Positions 29,733 through 40,448 of a stretch of 64,000 nucleotides of DNA are shown here, piece after piece. Below the pieces are notes generated by a model. That model saw nothing but the letters and a program-made list of their open reading frames with translations, had not been told where the DNA came from and did not search any database. The stretch is from the NCBI GenBank assembly GCA_937124615.1, contig CAKZKR010000069.1, positions 3,819-67,818 of the forward strand. The letters are read 5' to 3'. Each line of letters begins with the position of its first letter. Positions within the stretch are counted from its first letter, which is position 1. The stretch comes from an uncultured bacterium (GTDB lineage: Bacteria; Hydrogenedentota; Hydrogenedentia; Hydrogenedentales; Hydrogenedentaceae). Both the position numbers and the translations under genes were made by a program.

Positions 29733-30992
29733 TTACCTATCCTCGTTCATAGATGGAGAGTTTTTTTTATACTCCATTCGCATAAGTGTTATATGATTGG
29801 GTTTTCCGTCAAGGATCGTGATGCGGAAAGGTTCGGCTGTTAACACTTCCCCTTTTTGGGGTATTCGCTGAATTGTTTTTATTAACCACCCTCCAATTGT
29901 CTCAACTTCTTCATCAAACAAATTAATGCCTGTCATTTCCTGGAATTCTTCCAGGGTCGTTCGAGCACGAACAATATAATCACCAGGACCCATTTGTCGA
30001 ACAGGAAGTTCTTCCTGGTCGTGTTCATCCCGAATCTCTCCAAAAATTTCTTCCAGTATATCTTCATTTGTAATTAAACCTGCAGTCCCACCATATTCAT
30101 CTACAACAATCGCCATCGCTTGATGTTGTTGCCTCATCTGCTTTAAGATTTCATCTAAGGGTGTGGCATCCGTAATAAATAGCACAGGGCGAAGAAATCG
30201 TCTTATATCCTGATTTCCCCTATCACGGTCCTTAATCAAGTCAAATGCTTTTATAATACCAATTATATGGTCTATATTCTCTTCATATACAGGTATACGG
30301 GTATAGCGGTTTTCACAAAAGACTTGTATAACCTCATCACGGCTTGCATCACTCGAAACAGCGCAAATATCGATACGAGGGACCATAATCTCTTTTGCTA
30401 CTTTTTGTTGCAGATCGAATACAGAGTGGATTAAGTCGCGTTCTTCTTCTTGAATTCCACCATGTTCCGTTCCTTGTTCTACCAGTCTTTTCATATCTTC
30501 CGTAGAACGCATAAGAGACTTCAGAGAAACAAACCAATGGTTTGAGCCTAATGTCTTGGAATAGAACCAAACAATGGGTATTGAAAGGGGTTTAAATAGA
30601 AAATCAAAAAGAACAATAATAGGAACAAGAAAATGGCACAACTGATTGGAATGGACACGAAATATTGTTTTGGGTAATATCTCCCCAAAGTATAAAATCA
30701 CACCTGTAGCAATAAATAAGGAAAGTATGGGGTCTCCTACTAGTTCGGTTAGGGCAATAGACGCAATTACAATTGAGAAATTTGTCCCTAATAACAAAAC
30801 AATAAGCAATTGGTCGGGTTTATTTAAATATTTTTGTAATATACGGGCTCTTCGAGAATAAGACTTTTCAGCAAGATTCTTAACTCGAATCGGATTTAAT
30901 GAAATAAATCCTGTTTCATATCCCGCAAAGAGAGCTGAGAAGAGGACCCCTCCAAAAAAAATAAATAATAATTCCAGATAGGATGGATTCAT
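29733..30992 (-). CDS. CNNM/CorC/HlyC-family transporter-associated protein (DUF21 + CBS pair + CorC_HlyC)
   Basis: N-terminal 4-TM DUF21. CBS pair (…IMVPRIDI…IPVYEENIDHIIGII…). C-terminal transporter-associated domain. Confidence 0.8.
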   Translation of the reverse strand: MNPSYLELLFIFFGGVLFSALFAGYETGFISLNPIRVKNLAEKSYSRRARILQKYLNKPDQLLIVLLLGTNFSIVIASIALTELVGDPILSLFIATGVILYFGEILPKTIFRVHSNQLCHFLVPIIVLFDFLFKPLSIPIVWFYSKTLGSNHWFVSLKSLMRSTEDMKRLVEQGTEHGGIQEEERDLIHSVFDLQQKVAKEIMVPRIDICAVSSDASRDEVIQVFCENRYTRIPVYEENIDHIIGIIKAFDLIKDRDRGNQDIRRFLRPVLFITDATPLDEILKQMRQQHQAMAIVVDEYGGTAGLITNEDILEEIFGEIRDEHDQEELPVRQMGPGDYIVRARTTLEEFQEMTGINLFDEEVETIGGWLIKTIQRIPQKGEVLTAEPFRITILDGKPNHITLMRMEYKKNSPSMNEDR

Positions 30993-32473
30993 TCGTCTTC
31001 TCCCTCTTCATCAGGAGAAATCTCTTTTTCAATTTTTAACCTTACACGAGCAATTCGCTTTCCTTGCATCTTCTCAACAACAAACTTTAATGAGCCTACA
31101 ATTACGGTATCCCCTTGTTTCATCAAATTTTCATGTTGTTTTAATAGGTAACCTGCAATAGTTGTATGCTCGGGGTCATCCAAAGAAAAATGTATTAATT
31201 CTTCCAGTTCAGATATGGGCATTTTACCATCCAGGATATATTCATTATCTCCGATTTTTGTGTAAAGGATTTCTTCTTCGCTTTCATCATCAGATATTTC
31301 TCCCACAATGGCACTTAACGCATCATGCAGAGTTACGAGACCTGCAGTTCCTCCATATTCATCTACAACAATAGCAAGGTGTATATTTAATTTTTGAGCC
31401 GTCTTTATGGATTCAGATATCGCCATTGTATCCGGTATAAAATGCACCTTCCTCCCTATTGGCTTAACGGGTTGGCTCCACAATTTTTTTTCAATGTAAT
31501 CCAACAAATCTTTCGCATATAAAATACCCACAATATGGTCTAGACTTTCATGATATATAGGCATCCGAGAATACTCATGCTCACAAAAGATCTCCCATGC
31601 TTCTACAACAGATGCATCGTCAGGAATAGCAACAATTTCTGTTCTCGGTATAAGTATCCGTTTCACGGGTTCATCTCGAAACTCTAAAATTCCGCGTATC
31701 ATTTTTCGTTCATCTTCTGCAATAACATCGGAAAGCCCTTCCTCTTGAACGAGAAGTTTTAATTCATCATCCGTTACCCAGGGTGAAGGGGGAATTGAGC
31801 TAAATCGGGTAATACGAAAAGTTAATCCAATAGATGATAGGAGCAATTTCCGCACAGGGGAAAATAGAGTATGAATAATATAAATTAGAAAAACAACAGA
31901 ACGGGCATAATGTTCAACATAACGAGAAGCCAATAATTTTGGAGTTACCTCTCCGCCAAAGATAAGAATAAAAGTAGAAACAAGGCATGCAAGGGTGTAC
32001 GAAATAAAATGGGACGCTATAGATTCTGGTAATAAGTGGTTGATTATATATTTTTCCAATCGACTCCCAAAGGCAATACTCAATCCTATATTAACAACTG
32101 CGTTCCCCATCAAAATTGAAGTAAGTAAATCTGAAGGGGAAGCCATTAATCGTGCAATAAGTCTTTCCCGAAAATTCGGGCTTTTTTGCATAGATTTTAA
32201 TTGTGTCCCACGAATAGCAAAAAAAGCCATTTCTGTTGCAGAGAAAAAAGCCGAGGAACAAAGTAAACACAGAGAAAGGATTAAAATATGAAGGGGGAAA
32301 TAATCGGCTAATACTTTTTGTTGAAGGACCGGAATCGCATAACTTGATTTTTGAAATATAAACAGGCAGAGAACAATTAAAGGAAATAAAGAGAAATATA
32401 AAAAATATCTAATCCTGCAAATATTCTTCCTATCAAATATGGCTCTGATTTTTGTTTTTTCTTCTATATCCAT
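30989..32473 (-). CDS. Second CNNM/CorC/HlyC-family protein (tandem paralog)
   Basis: Same DUF21-CBS-CorC architecture (…ILIPRTEIVAI…MPIYHESLDHIVGIL…). 4-nt overlap with the downstream paralog. Confidence 0.8.
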   Translation of the reverse strand: MDIEEKTKIRAIFDRKNICRIRYFLYFSLFPLIVLCLFIFQKSSYAIPVLQQKVLADYFPLHILILSLCLLCSSAFFSATEMAFFAIRGTQLKSMQKSPNFRERLIARLMASPSDLLTSILMGNAVVNIGLSIAFGSRLEKYIINHLLPESIASHFISYTLACLVSTFILIFGGEVTPKLLASRYVEHYARSVVFLIYIIHTLFSPVRKLLLSSIGLTFRITRFSSIPPSPWVTDDELKLLVQEEGLSDVIAEDERKMIRGILEFRDEPVKRILIPRTEIVAIPDDASVVEAWEIFCEHEYSRMPIYHESLDHIVGILYAKDLLDYIEKKLWSQPVKPIGRKVHFIPDTMAISESIKTAQKLNIHLAIVVDEYGGTAGLVTLHDALSAIVGEISDDESEEEILYTKIGDNEYILDGKMPISELEELIHFSLDDPEHTTIAGYLLKQHENLMKQGDTVIVGSLKFVVEKMQGKRIARVRLKIEKEISPDEEGEDE

Positions 32474-32495
32474 TTCAAATTTATTATATCGATTG

Positions 32496-32981
32496 TTAAC
32501 CTTTTCTTTCCATTCTTTTTGGATATTTAATCCATGCAGATTTTAGGTCTATATTTAGATATTTTGCCTGTTTTTCCATCATTGCTTTTCGTTGTTCTTG
32601 AGTATCATGAACATAACCCAAAAGATGTAACAAAGCATGACAGAATAATAAATATATTTCCTGCTTTGCCTTTTCAGGATTTTCTGAATATTTATTAAAC
32701 ACACTCTCTAAAGAAATGACAATCTCCCCCATGTGTTTAATTTCCCCTATCGGAAAATGGGAGGGAACAGAAAAAGAAAGGACATCGGTTGGTTTATTCT
32801 TTTTACGGTAAGTCTTATTGAGATTACGAATAAATTCATCATCACAAAACACAAGGCTTAATTCACAATTGTGATCTGCAATACCTTCATTAACAAAAAC
32901 CTTTTCAGCAATTTTCTTTAATTTTATGGGACTGTATGCTTTTTTAAATGGGGAGAGGTTTGATATTTTTATCTCTACCAT
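32496..32981 (-). CDS. ybeY: rRNA maturation endoribonuclease YbeY
   Basis: Metal-binding H-x3-H-x5-H motif HALLHLLGYVHD. Confidence 0.9.
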   Translation of the reverse strand: MVEIKISNLSPFKKAYSPIKLKKIAEKVFVNEGIADHNCELSLVFCDDEFIRNLNKTYRKKNKPTDVLSFSVPSHFPIGEIKHMGEIVISLESVFNKYSENPEKAKQEIYLLFCHALLHLLGYVHDTQEQRKAMMEKQAKYLNIDLKSAWIKYPKRMERKG

Positions 32982-32987
32982 TTTAAT

Positions 32988-35510
32988 TTATTCCCCCGAT
33001 ATTTTCTTGCCGTTTATTAAAACTTCTCCATTTCCTCTGGATTTATTTTGCTGAACAATGGTAGCGACATGTTCCTCCTCAATGTGAGGGCCGGGATATG
33101 AAGGGCGAAGGTGAAGTAATGAAAGCAGAACACGAGATACTTCATCGATAATTCTATTTAACTGACGAAGGGTCAGGTCGCACTCATCAAACTGTCCGTC
33201 ATTGGCTCGTTCTGTTACAATACGGTCTACCATCTGACGGACCCGCTCGGGATTTGGATTTTTTAGTGAACGAACTGCGGATTCTGCCGCATCACAAATC
33301 ATTATAATGGCATATTCGGGTTTTTGTGGTTTCGGTCCGGGATAACGGTAATCCTGTTCATTTACATCACCAAATTTTTGTTGTTCCAAAGCCAATTGAT
33401 AAAAATAACTAATGCGATAAGTTCCATGATGCTGGGCTATGGCTTCAATAACAGGCTTTGGTAAATGATATTCCTCAGCTAATTTTATACCCTCTGTAAC
33501 ATGAGAAAGGATAATTCGTACGCTGTTGCGAGGAGAAAGGGTATCGTGTATGTTATTGCCATTTTGATTTTCATAAAAGTACTCAGAACGGTTCATTTTC
33601 CCAATATCGTGATAATAGGCACAAACACGGGCAAGTAATCCATTGGCTTCTATTGCATCTGCAGCGGATTCAGCCAATTGCCCCAGTATAAGACTGTGGG
33701 AATAAGTAGCAGGAGCCTGAACCGCTAACTTTTTTAGAATTACATTATTTAAATCGGAATATTCCAACAACTGAAAATCTGTTACAATCCCAAATAATCG
33801 TTCTAAAAATGGAAGTATTCCCGGTACCAGCAAAATACATAAACTCCCATTTATGCCAAGAAAGAATAACCTTCGAACTGTTACTTCGCTTAGTAGTGTA
33901 TCTGTTGTTAATGTAATCGCAAAGAGCGCAAAAAAACCAACCACAATCCCATTTAGCGAGGCCGATGTTATATCCCTCCTCTTACGAACTCGATAGATTG
34001 AAAAAACAGCCCCCATAGTCATAGCAAGGTCAAATATAAGAAGCCGCCAATCATAACGAAACAGTATCGATAACAATACACATGTTATAAATGAAAGAAA
34101 AGCAGACAATCGCATCTGCACTAAAATTGCAAACAAAATACCTACTATCGTTACAGGGATTGTAAATCCAGTACTATCAAAATATTGCATTCCCCGTCCC
34201 AGTATTAGAATACCTATTACAAGAAGTAATGAGAGATACCATATTGTTTCTATTGAGGGCTCTCCTTTGTGCTCCCAAAGACAAATGGCACGGTATAGAC
34301 TCACAAAGGCGAGTGTAGTCAAAATAAAATGAGCCACAAAAGAGAAAAACCACCGGGGTGTCTTACCTTGACTTTGTTCTAAAAGTTTTAAATAAGTTTT
34401 TGCATCAGAACGGGACTCTATTGTCCACCGTTTCCCTCTCTCCTGAATGATTTCCCCTGCTGTAATCTCTTTCATAATGGGATTAATCGATTCGGCTGTT
34501 CGTTCCCGAACAATCTCAGTGGTTACAGGGTCATATTGTAAAGTATCAGTAACCAAATCACTAACTATATAAAAAATAGCTTCAAATATCTTAACCCAAT
34601 CGAAGGAAGTCATGTTTTGTTTTGTTATCTTACGAACTTCCTCCTGGATACGCGGTTTTAATTTATCCTCTACCGCATGTTTTACATCTGCAATTATCCT
34701 TAATTCAATTTCTTCACTTGTTTTCTGGCCCGAAATAGGATTTTCCCTAACAACAATTACCTTCAATCCTGTGGGCTGTTGTTCCTTGTTAGATAGAATC
34801 CCTTCATTCAAGACATAACCCAGACTGTCTTCTGCTATCTTTTGCATGGCGCTAAACAACTGTAATGAAGGAGCAATTGGAGTAAAAACTCCATCATTTT
34901 GAATAACGGGGTTTAATTCACTTAGAAAGGGCTCCTCTTTCTTTTGAATCTCGGCTTCCACATCTGCAAGCACCCATAACACTAATTTTTCGCTATCTAT
35001 ATCCTTATTCCATCCAAAAGTAGGATAAATATTGGCAAATTCCTTCTGAATATGAGAAAAGACATGAGACAAATCTAATAACTCCGTGCTTTTTTTGTCC
35101 TGAATGTATTCATTTAATATGTGGGTTCGTATTTCTTGAAGTTGTGCTATTCTCTGGTAAAGGTTTTGAAGTTGATTCCGCACTTTTCCCTGGTCAACAC
35201 GGTAATGAAGTGGGACTTTTGCTCTCGCTTGATTTTTTGCTTCTCGAGTTGCCTTTACATCTTCCGTCTGGAAACTGAATTCGGCTCGAAGTTCTTGTTT
35301 TGCGACTATTTCACGGTCTACATCTTCCTGTGTTAAAGTCTCATAACTTACATTTACTGTAATAAGAAAAGCAGAAAGCACAACCGCACCGATACCTGTA
35401 AACAGGATACGAGCACTGAGGATTCTCGGGCTGTGAAATCCTTTCGTTTCGGGAGATGCTTTCGATAACGGGAACCCAATCTTCCGTTGGGTTCCTGAGT
35501 TTTCGCTCAT
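32988..35510 (-). CDS. 7TM receptor with intracellular HD (HDIG) phosphohydrolase domain (YqfF-type)
   Basis: Large N-terminal extracellular region, 7-TM block, C-terminal HD domain with YYHDIGK. Conserved phoH/7TM-HD/ybeY order. Confidence 0.85.
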   Translation of the reverse strand: MSENSGTQRKIGFPLSKASPETKGFHSPRILSARILFTGIGAVVLSAFLITVNVSYETLTQEDVDREIVAKQELRAEFSFQTEDVKATREAKNQARAKVPLHYRVDQGKVRNQLQNLYQRIAQLQEIRTHILNEYIQDKKSTELLDLSHVFSHIQKEFANIYPTFGWNKDIDSEKLVLWVLADVEAEIQKKEEPFLSELNPVIQNDGVFTPIAPSLQLFSAMQKIAEDSLGYVLNEGILSNKEQQPTGLKVIVVRENPISGQKTSEEIELRIIADVKHAVEDKLKPRIQEEVRKITKQNMTSFDWVKIFEAIFYIVSDLVTDTLQYDPVTTEIVRERTAESINPIMKEITAGEIIQERGKRWTIESRSDAKTYLKLLEQSQGKTPRWFFSFVAHFILTTLAFVSLYRAICLWEHKGEPSIETIWYLSLLLVIGILILGRGMQYFDSTGFTIPVTIVGILFAILVQMRLSAFLSFITCVLLSILFRYDWRLLIFDLAMTMGAVFSIYRVRKRRDITSASLNGIVVGFFALFAITLTTDTLLSEVTVRRLFFLGINGSLCILLVPGILPFLERLFGIVTDFQLLEYSDLNNVILKKLAVQAPATYSHSLILGQLAESAADAIEANGLLARVCAYYHDIGKMNRSEYFYENQNGNNIHDTLSPRNSVRIILSHVTEGIKLAEEYHLPKPVIEAIAQHHGTYRISYFYQLALEQQKFGDVNEQDYRYPGPKPQKPEYAIIMICDAAESAVRSLKNPNPERVRQMVDRIVTERANDGQFDECDLTLRQLNRIIDEVSRVLLSLLHLRPSYPGPHIEEEHVATIVQQNKSRGNGEVLINGKKISGE

Positions 35511-36568
35511 AGCCTGTGCTCACTCCGTTTTTCATCCGACTGGTGATATACAGAATCGGAATTGGTTAGTCTGCCATGAGCCTCGTATGCATCGATGATT
35601 CTCTGAACTAAGGGATGACGAACTACATCGCGTTTGGTTAGATGGACAATACCTATGCCCGGAATCCCTTCAAGAATTCGACGACTTTCCACCAGTCCTG
35701 ATGTTTTTCCCTTGGGTAAATCAATTTGCGTTATATCGCCTGTAATAATAGCACGAGAACCCTCACCCAAACGTGTTAAGAACATGAGCATCTGGTCGCT
35801 GGTTGTATTCTGTGCTTCATCCAAAATTACAAATGCATGATCAAGAGAACGACCTCTCATAAAAGCCAATGGGGCCACCTCAATTCGTTCCTGCTCTATC
35901 CATCTCTGGACTCGTTCAAAATCCACCATCGAATATAAAGCATCATATAAAGGTCGCAAATAAGGATGAACTTTTTCCTCAATGGCACCCGGCAAATAAC
36001 CTAAATTTTCACCCGCTTCAACCGCAGGACGGGTCAAAACCAATCGACGCACTTGTTTATTTAGCAAAGAGGATACCGCAGAAGCCATTGCAAGATATGT
36101 TTTTCCTGTTCCTGCAGGTCCTATCACAAAGGTCATTTCGCAATGCTGAACTGTTTCCAAATATTCTGCCTGACCTTTCGAACGAGGCTGAACTTTAATT
36201 TCAGGTCTTAGACTCGAAACAGGTAATTTATTAGGCGTTTGCAATTCAGATGTTTCTTCTATGACAATATTTTTCTTCATTTCAGAATAGTCTTCTAATG
36301 CAAGGTCAAAATCAGCAGGGGTAGGGGTATATCCCTTACGAACGGCAAAAAGTAAATGATTAAGTATATTGCTCACTTTACGGGCTTCTTCATATTCGCC
36401 AATTAAAAGGACTTTTCCACCTCGGTCAATTACCTGGACGCGTGTTTGGTCGCATACCCGCTTGCGAATTTCACCGTTCACTCCTAATAGTTTTATCAAC
36501 TCATCATGATTATGAATAACAATTTCATGTGTAGAAATTGTTTCTCTCTTTAATCGATATTTACTCAT
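35507..36568 (-). CDS. phoH: PhoH-like ATPase (KH-like N-terminus + P-loop NTPase)
   Basis: Walker A GPAGTGKTYLAMA. Walker B VILDEAQN. Length and context are typical of ybeZ/phoH. Confidence 0.9.
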   Translation of the reverse strand: MSKYRLKRETISTHEIVIHNHDELIKLLGVNGEIRKRVCDQTRVQVIDRGGKVLLIGEYEEARKVSNILNHLLFAVRKGYTPTPADFDLALEDYSEMKKNIVIEETSELQTPNKLPVSSLRPEIKVQPRSKGQAEYLETVQHCEMTFVIGPAGTGKTYLAMASAVSSLLNKQVRRLVLTRPAVEAGENLGYLPGAIEEKVHPYLRPLYDALYSMVDFERVQRWIEQERIEVAPLAFMRGRSLDHAFVILDEAQNTTSDQMLMFLTRLGEGSRAIITGDITQIDLPKGKTSGLVESRRILEGIPGIGIVHLTKRDVVRHPLVQRIIDAYEAHGRLTNSDSVYHQSDEKRSEHRL

Positions 36569-36598
36569 GCCCGATTATTTGGTTAAAAACCTCCTTTG

Positions 36599-36895
36599 TC
36601 ATTGTTCTTCCAGCCTTAACACCTTCTCGCCAGGATAAACCCAGCCTTTATTCTTACGCACAGATTCTTCTTGCTTTAATTGATCTGCCTTTAGTCGTTC
36701 TATTTCTTTTTCTAATAAACTTTTTTGTGCTACTAAATCACGAATCTGTTGTATCAATTGTTGAAATTGAATTTCTGCCTGTTTTACTTCTTTATACCGT
36801 CTTGAAATATCACGAGAGACAAAATAACTATAAGCAAAACAACATGCTAATAGTAAAACAACTATAAAACGCAGTATCTGCTTAACTCTTTGCAT
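36599..36895 (-). CDS. Small bitopic coiled-coil protein, probable septum-formation initiator (FtsB/DivIC-like)
   Basis: N-terminal TM (ILRFIVVLLLACCFAYSYFV) followed by a heptad-rich coiled coil. Located just downstream of eno, as ftsB often is. Confidence 0.45.
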   Translation of the reverse strand: MQRVKQILRFIVVLLLACCFAYSYFVSRDISRRYKEVKQAEIQFQQLIQQIRDLVAQKSLLEKEIERLKADQLKQEESVRKNKGWVYPGEKVLRLEEQ

Positions 36896-36983
36896 TAACT
36901 TGCGTCAACAGCTCCTTTATTTTTAGTATTATACACAAATCACATATACAAATTATACACTAAAAATAATTGTATATACGAAT

Positions 36984-38285
<1,302 letters not shown>

Positions 38286-38308
38286 TCAAATTTAGGGGTT
38301 ACTTGCGA

Positions 38309-39091
38309 TTACATTTTCCATGGTTTTATAAAATGTTCCCAACCTCGGTTGAGAAATTCATCTTCATTATCTCTAAAAATCTGATATTCTTCTCCCTTAT
38401 CCCCTAAGGTTTGTAAGGCCTCATATTTACGGGATAATATTTCATAGGCACAGGTAAGAAAAATTGAAGGAAACACCATACCTATGAAAAAGAAAAATAC
38501 CGGGAACACATTCAATATCCATAATATAGTATACCAAAACGACACCTGAAAACTAAAATACGGATTTGCAAAAAGGATAATGTAGCCCCAATAAAAATAC
38601 CTCCATAAATCCATCTTCTTAAAGGACAGGGATGGAATAACCCACATTAAAGATAAAAATGTAAACAGATTAAACCAGATAAAAATGCCTATTAAGATAT
38701 AGTTTATATACATTGTATTAAAAAATTTTTTATTTGCATAAAACCAGATATTAGCAAAAAGAATCGCAAATATGAATAAAAATAGAATAAAAACGGGTAT
38801 AGACTTGAAAATTGTAATTTTTAAGGCAAAAACAATTTTTTCAATCATTCTTTCTTTTTTTTCAAGGATAGCAGTAACAAAAGCAGATACAAAAACATTT
38901 GTAATAAAAAAATATAAGACTATTATCAAAAGGAAAAATACATTAACCAAAGAAAAATTCCCATCGATATAAAAAGATAAGGGTACTATTAAAAGTATAA
39001 GCGGGAATATTAAACATAAATTAAGAAAGAACCACATCCCCATATAATCATACCAAACCCAAAAACTCATCTTTAATGCACGCTTCAACAT
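38309..39091 (-). CDS. Hypothetical Phe-rich polytopic membrane protein
   Basis: Multiple hydrophobic helices. No motif recognised. Confidence 0.4.
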   Translation of the reverse strand: MLKRALKMSFWVWYDYMGMWFFLNLCLIFPLILLIVPLSFYIDGNFSLVNVFFLLIIVLYFFITNVFVSAFVTAILEKKERMIEKIVFALKITIFKSIPVFILFLFIFAILFANIWFYANKKFFNTMYINYILIGIFIWFNLFTFLSLMWVIPSLSFKKMDLWRYFYWGYIILFANPYFSFQVSFWYTILWILNVFPVFFFFIGMVFPSIFLTCAYEILSRKYEALQTLGDKGEEYQIFRDNEDEFLNRGWEHFIKPWKM

Positions 39092-39185
39092 CGAACTTTT
39101 ATAAAAATATCCCTAAAATAAAAAATACAAAACCTCTTAGTATAACCCTTTGGAATATAAATAAGAACCTAATTTCAATTAAAAA

Positions 39186-40136
39186 CTATAAAAATACACG
39201 GATGCGGGCTGTTTTTTTAATTTCATTAAGCCATTTCTGATAGCGTTCGTTAATATACTGCTCTTTGAGCTTGGGCTCAATGATTATACGTACTTTTTCA
39301 TACGAGAGTTTTTCGTTTCCCTCTTTTTCCTCTACTTTCAGGATATGGAAACCCCATTCAGTTTCAATAGGAGGGCTAATATCACCTATAGACAAGTTTT
39401 CTATAGCCTGTTCTAATTCAGGAACTAAATCTCCTTTGGATACCCAGCCAATAAGTCCGGCACGGTCGGCTTCAGGACCCTGTGATTCATTTTCTGCTAC
39501 AGAACCAAAGTCGGCTCCTTGTTTAATACGATCATAAATTTCCATTATATGTTCTTTGACTTTTGCTCGCTCATCAGAGTCTTTGGAGGCGGACAAAAAA
39601 ATTCTACGGACTTTAGTCCGTTGAGGATTCTGGAATTCTTCGATATGTTCGTTGTAATATTTGGCAATATCTGGCTCAGATACTGTTATTTCCTTCTCAA
39701 ATTCTTTTCTTTTTTTCATTGCGTAAGAAAGAGCTATAAGTTGTTGTTTTATTCGTTCTCGAAATTCACTCATGGATTCTCCACTTTCTTCTAAAAGTTG
39801 TTTAAATTCTTCGGGAGAACCATAGCGTTTTTTAATTTTATTGACACGGTCTTCAATTTCTTTTTCATCCACCTGTAAGCCCTCATTAATTGCTTTTCGG
39901 TAAAGAAGAAGTCTTTCGATATAACGGTCCAATGCTTTCTGGACGGCTTTTTCCATTTCTTGTTGGATCTGTTGTGCAGATACTCCTTGTGATTTTAAAT
40001 CAGCAAGGAAAGGGGTTATTTCTTCTCGCAAGTCGCTCATAAGAATTGGTTCACTATCTACAGTTGCAACTACTCCATCAAATAAAACCCCTGACATCGA
40101 AAGCATTCCCATGATTAAAAAATACGAGAGAACCAT
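39186..40136 (-). CDS. Periplasmic peptidyl-prolyl cis-trans isomerase, parvulin type (SurA/PrsA-like)
   Basis: Signal peptide, N-terminal chaperone-like helical region, C-terminal PpiC domain (GDISPPIETEWGFHILKVEEK). Confidence 0.75.
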   Translation of the reverse strand: MVLSYFLIMGMLSMSGVLFDGVVATVDSEPILMSDLREEITPFLADLKSQGVSAQQIQQEMEKAVQKALDRYIERLLLYRKAINEGLQVDEKEIEDRVNKIKKRYGSPEEFKQLLEESGESMSEFRERIKQQLIALSYAMKKRKEFEKEITVSEPDIAKYYNEHIEEFQNPQRTKVRRIFLSASKDSDERAKVKEHIMEIYDRIKQGADFGSVAENESQGPEADRAGLIGWVSKGDLVPELEQAIENLSIGDISPPIETEWGFHILKVEEKEGNEKLSYEKVRIIIEPKLKEQYINERYQKWLNEIKKTARIRVFL

Positions 40137-40168
40137 ACAAATCTCCTATTTAGTTATATATTTTTAAA

Positions 40169-40330
40169 CTAACTATTTGTTGATTCAGAATTATGGGTAC
40201 CTTTTAGTTGTGCAATAGAATTAAGCACAGTTATAATAGCCTGAATAATCACTACAATACCACCCAAACCGGTATTTAATCCCCAGTCTAGTTCTTTTAC
40301 ATCTGCTGAAATTGGTTTTATGTGCTTCAT
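40169..40330 (-). CDS. Possible 53-aa small membrane protein (below the ORF-track length cutoff)
   Basis: ATG at 40330 with AAAGGG 9 nt upstream on the minus strand. MKHIKPISADVKELDWGLNTGLGGIVVIIQAIITVLNSIAQLKGTHNSESTNS has one hydrophobic helix. Confidence 0.25.
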   Translation of the reverse strand: MKHIKPISADVKELDWGLNTGLGGIVVIIQAIITVLNSIAQLKGTHNSESTNS

Positions 40331-40362
40331 CTCAATACCCTTTTTATTTTAATTATCATAAT

Positions 40363-40424
40363 AATAGGGAAGATAAATCTTTATCTATCTTCCCTATTAT
40401 ACTATTTTTTATTATTTCTTTTTG
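40363..40424. terminator. Imperfect hairpin with flanking T/A tracts downstream of rpoC (putative, possibly bidirectional, intrinsic terminator)
   Basis: aatagGGAAGATAAA-tct-TTTATCT(atct)TCCctatt stem-loop at 40363-40398, followed on the + strand by atactATTTTTTATTATTTCTTTTT. The minus-strand U-tract is weak (AUUAUGAUAAUU). Confidence 0.4.
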
Positions 40425-40448
40425 AACGAATAGAACCTTCTTATTTAA

